Shown: positions 60,649-64,000 of the stretch, piece by piece
How the letters are laid out: every line of letters begins with the position of its first letter
Numbering within the stretch: position 1 is the first letter of the stretch
Assembly: GCA_045635805.1 (NCBI GenBank)
Contig: JAZTWI010000002.1
Coordinates: forward strand, 9,693 to 73,692
Reading direction: 5' to 3'
Length of the DNA stretch: 64,000 nt
Source of the DNA: Clostridia bacterium
Lineage (GTDB): Bacteria > Bacillota > Clostridia > Christensenellales > UBA1242
Made by a program: the position numbers and the translations under genes
Notes under the pieces: generated by a model
Told to the model about the DNA's origin: nothing
What the model saw: only the letters and a program-made list of their open reading frames with translations
Database searches by the model: none

Positions 60649-61820
60649 TGAGTGAAAGTTATATTTCGGTTTCACAACTTAATACTTATATTAGAAATAT
60701 TTTTGAAGCAGAAATTATGCTTCAAAATATTTTCGTTTATGGAGAAGTAAGTAGTTATAATATTTCCAATGGTATTGCTTACTTTAATTTAAAAGATGAA
60801 GCCGGTATGCTTAGCTGTGTTCTCTTTGGTGCTAATAACTTCGATGCCCCAAAGATTGGAGATATGGTACTAGTTAGGGGTAGTATGAATTACTACGCTA
60901 AAGGTGGTAAACTTTCCTTCAATGCTACATCAATTATGCCATATGGTAAAGGACAATTATATGAGAAGTTTTTGCAGTTGAAAGCAAAACTAGAGAGTAA
61001 GGGGTACTTTGCTCCTGAAATTAAGAAACCTATTCCTAAGAAGGTAAAAAGAATTGGTGTGGTAACTAGTGCCACAGGTGCTGTTATTAGAGATATTATA
61101 GATGTGACACACAGAAGAAATGATACGCTTGATATTGTTCTATATCCTGTTAAAGTACAGGGTCTTGGTGCTGATAGAGAGATTGCTAGTGGTATAGATT
61201 TCTTCTCTGGCTACGATAATGTTGATGTTGTTATTGTTGCCAGGGGTGGTGGTAGTATGGAAGACCTAGAGCCTTTTAACTCTGAAATTGTTGCAGATGC
61301 AGCGTTTAATTGTAATAAACCACTTGTTTCTGCAGTTGGCCATGAAACAGACTTTACTATTATTGACTTTGTGTCAGACCTTAGGGCACCGACTCCATCT
61401 GCTGCAGCAGAATTAGTTGCGTGGGATAAATATTTAGAATTGGAAAAAATAAATAAATTTATTTATACTATTGATAAAGAAATAAAAAATAGGTTATCTA
61501 TTATTCAAAAAGATATTGACATTTCTCTTCAAAAGATAGATAATTGCTCAAAGAATATCATAAATGGCTTTATATCTAGACTTGATAATAATATAGATAA
61601 GTTATATAATATAGAGAGTATAGTAGATAGTAGGGAAAAAGAACTAGATAAATTAAGTGTTAAACTTGATTCTCTTAATCCTGAGAAACTATCAACTCTA
61701 GGATATTCTAAAATATTACAAAATGGAAAAATTGTTACCAAGACTGAAGGTCTTGATAAAGAAAAAGAATTTACAGTGTCAATGATTGATGGAAAAATTA
61801 ACGCAAAGGCTGTAAAGTAG
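60648..61820 (+). CDS. xseA: Exodeoxyribonuclease VII large subunit
   Basis: GEVS, YF.LKD, VTSATGAVIRD, ARGGGS.EDL, SAVGHETD, APTPSAAAE. Confidence 0.97.
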   Translation: MSESYISVSQLNTYIRNIFEAEIMLQNIFVYGEVSSYNISNGIAYFNLKDEAGMLSCVLFGANNFDAPKIGDMVLVRGSMNYYAKGGKLSFNATSIMPYGKGQLYEKFLQLKAKLESKGYFAPEIKKPIPKKVKRIGVVTSATGAVIRDIIDVTHRRNDTLDIVLYPVKVQGLGADREIASGIDFFSGYDNVDVVIVARGGGSMEDLEPFNSEIVADAAFNCNKPLVSAVGHETDFTIIDFVSDLRAPTPSAAAELVAWDKYLELEKINKFIYTIDKEIKNRLSIIQKDIDISLQKIDNCSKNIINGFISRLDNNIDKLYNIESIVDSREKELDKLSVKLDSLNPEKLSTLGYSKILQNGKIVTKTEGLDKEKEFTVSMIDGKINAKAVK

Positions 61821-61832
61821 GAGGCAAGTATT

Positions 61833-62039
61833 ATGGATTTAGAAGCTAAAATTAAAAAATTGCAAGAAATTGTTTCTAAACTTGAAACTCCCGATATGGG
61901 TGTAGATGAGTGTATGAAATTATATGAAGAAGGCATTGTACTTGCTAAAGAGTGCTACAAGGAAGTCGATGCTGTAAAAGGAAAAATTAACGTGATAAAA
62001 CAGGACTTGGAACAATTTAGAGAAGAGTCCTTTGAATAG
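61833..62039 (+). CDS. xseB: Exodeoxyribonuclease VII small subunit
   Basis: L.EIV.KLE, LYEEG..L...C. Confidence 0.93.
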   Translation: MDLEAKIKKLQEIVSKLETPDMGVDECMKLYEEGIVLAKECYKEVDAVKGKINVIKQDLEQFREESFE

Positions 62040-62048
62040 GAGAGGATT

Positions 62049-63725
62049 ATGAAATTAACAAATATGTTTTTTAAGACATTTAGAGAAAATCCTGCTGGTG
62101 CTGAAATTAATAGTCATAGACTACTAGTGAGAGCGGGTTTTATAAAACAAATGGGTAATGGTATCTTTATGTACCTACCAATGGGACTAAGAGTTCTAGA
62201 GAAATTAAAGAAAATTATTAGAGAAGAAATGAATAGGGCTGGTGCTATCGAGCTTCAGATGCCAATTCTTCTACCACAAGAAGTATATGCTAATAGACTT
62301 AATACATTTGGAAATACAATGTATAAATTAACCGATAGTACAGGTAAAGACTTCTGTTTAGGTCCAACACACGAAGAGCCATTTACATATCTTGTAAAAG
62401 AGAATATTAAGAGTTATAAACAATTACCTGTTACTCTATATCAAATCCAAAATAAATACAGAGATGAGATTAGAGCAAGGTTTGGTCTTCAAAGAGCAAA
62501 AGAATTCATAATGAAAGATGCATATTCTTTCGATACAAGCAATGAAGGTCTAGATATTTCTTTCGATAAAATGAAAGAAGCGTACAATGCTGTATTTAAT
62601 AGACTTGGCTTTGACTTTGTTGCAGTAGAAGCTGACAACGGTGTTATGGGTGGTTCTGGTTCGACAGAATTTATGGTAAAGGCAGATATTGGTGAAGACG
62701 AAATTATTGTTTGTGACTGTGGTTATGGTGCTAATACTGAGAAAGCAGAGTGTACATTTGTTCCTGTAGATAATAGCAAGGTTGCTAGAAATAAGATTGA
62801 GATGGTTAAGACTCCTGCTGTTAAGACTATTGAAGAACTAGTAAGCTTCTTAAATCTAAAGAGTGAAAACTTTGTAAAAGCTGTTGTTTATAGTACAGAT
62901 AAGGGTGTAGTTCTTGCACTATGTAGGGGCGATAGGGAGATAGAAGAAGTTAAACTTCAAAATACTGTGGGTGCTATCAGTATGGAAATGGCAACTGCAG
63001 AGCAAATCGAAGGTATTGGTTCTGTTGCTGGATTCGTTGGTGCTATTGGATTAAAGAACGTAAAAGTAGTTGCAGATAATGATGTTAAGAATATGGTTAA
63101 CTTTGTAATTGGTGCCAATAAGACTGATTACCACTATATCAATGCTAATCTAGAAGATTTAGAGATAGATATATTTGCTGATATTAAGAGTGCTAGAGCT
63201 GGTGATGTTTGTCCTAGATGTGGTGGCACAGTTAAAACTGTTAGGGGTATAGAAGTTGGTCATATCTTCAAATTAGGTACTAGATATACAGAAGCTCTTG
63301 ATTGTAAATACCTAGATGAAAATGGCAAAGAACAATATATGATAATGGGTTGCTATGGTATAGGTGTAAGTAGAACACTTAGTGCACTTATTGAGCAAAA
63401 TTGTGATGAGAAGGGTATGTGTTTCCCAGAGTGTGTTGCACCATACAGGCTAGATATTGTTATTGCAAATAAGAAAGATGAAACTCAAATAGCACTAGCT
63501 AACAAAATTTATGATGCTGTTAATGGTATAGATGATGAAGTATTACTTGATGATAGAAATGAGAGCTTTGGTGTTAAATTAAAAGATGCAGAGCTTATCG
63601 GTATACCACATATTTTGATTGTAGGTAAGGGTGCAGTTGATGGTAAGGTTGAATTAGTTGATAGAAAAACAGGTAATAGAACTGAAATGACTGCAGATGA
63701 ATTTATTAAAAATTTTAATAAGTAA
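62049..63725 (+). CDS. proS: Prolyl-tRNA synthetase with editing insertion
   Basis: SHRLLVRAG, GPTHEE, KYRDEIR.RFGL.R.KEF.MKDAYSF, GIEVGHIFKLG, MGCYGIG. Confidence 0.98.
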   Translation: MKLTNMFFKTFRENPAGAEINSHRLLVRAGFIKQMGNGIFMYLPMGLRVLEKLKKIIREEMNRAGAIELQMPILLPQEVYANRLNTFGNTMYKLTDSTGKDFCLGPTHEEPFTYLVKENIKSYKQLPVTLYQIQNKYRDEIRARFGLQRAKEFIMKDAYSFDTSNEGLDISFDKMKEAYNAVFNRLGFDFVAVEADNGVMGGSGSTEFMVKADIGEDEIIVCDCGYGANTEKAECTFVPVDNSKVARNKIEMVKTPAVKTIEELVSFLNLKSENFVKAVVYSTDKGVVLALCRGDREIEEVKLQNTVGAISMEMATAEQIEGIGSVAGFVGAIGLKNVKVVADNDVKNMVNFVIGANKTDYHYINANLEDLEIDIFADIKSARAGDVCPRCGGTVKTVRGIEVGHIFKLGTRYTEALDCKYLDENGKEQYMIMGCYGIGVSRTLSALIEQNCDEKGMCFPECVAPYRLDIVIANKKDETQIALANKIYDAVNGIDDEVLLDDRNESFGVKLKDAELIGIPHILIVGKGAVDGKVELVDRKTGNRTEMTADEFIKNFNK

Positions 63726-63731
63726 TATAAG

Positions 63732-63762
63732 AAAATCCTGATAGAATATGTCAGGATTTTTT
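63732..63762 (+). terminator. Intrinsic terminator after proS
   Basis: AAAATCCTGATA-GAATA-TGTCAGGATTTT. Confidence 0.8.
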
Positions 63763-64000
63763 CTTATGCATTTTATTAATAAAATCTAATTGATATTATA
63801 AGTTATGATATTTTTTTATGTAGTTAAAATATAAATGTTATTAAAACATAATTGTTTAAATATGCAAAATTTATGCATAAAAGGGGGTTTTAAGTTTAAA
63901 AAACTAAAAAATACACTAAAATAATGGCTAAACAAAGCCATTATACATAAAGTTGCATAATTATACATTTTAAAATTTCGTTATGCAAAGTTATGAATTT

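Noticed and set aside
716-61936. Many 60-180 aa ORFs antisense to or nested in housekeeping genes
   Set aside because: Shadow ORFs of strongly biased coding sequence; no RBS or recognisable motifs
1-64000. Alternative genetic code (AGG or CGA reassignment, TAG recoding)
   Set aside because: AGG encodes conserved Arg (PriA GARSA, lipase DLRGHG), CGA encodes Arg in RuvX DERLT, and TAG ends many genes at their expected C-termini; CGG is too rare to judge

Overview
Low-GC (about 30% by eye) chromosomal segment of a spore-forming Clostridia-class Firmicute. Core operons have lost many of their usual members, which suggests a reduced genome (inference). Almost all genes are on the + strand. Contents in order: priA-def-fmt-rsmB-rlmN-rsgA-rpe-spoVM; a SipW-type secreted protein; rpmB; asp23-fakA; an accessory islet around four tRNAs (Gly, Val, Cys, Leu); a lipase/glpK/G3P-dehydrogenase cluster; ytxC and T-box-thrS; comM-dprA-topA-trmFO-hslVU; helD-like helicase; hisS-tcdA-trxA-iscS; ruvX; rpsB-tsf-frr-cdsA-rseP; rimP-nusA-infB-rbfA-truB; endonuclease IV; spoIIIAA-AH; asp23-nusB-xseAB-proS. 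No integrase, transposase, prophage or CRISPR array was seen. Most notable: (1) the polC locus encodes only NTD + OB fold + 3'-5' exonuclease with a QDNLF clamp-like motif and no PHP/polymerase domains; (2) a degenerate IscU domain is fused to a ~420 aa Lys/Thr/Ala-rich tail ending in a MinD-type amphipathic motif; (3) a five-hairpin element sits between duplicated tRNA-Leu 3' sequences; (4) rsgA apparently starts at ATT/ATA, in frame behind the rlmN TAG; (5) several small unannotated sporulation-type ORFs; (6) apparent absence of GATC with abundant CTAG.
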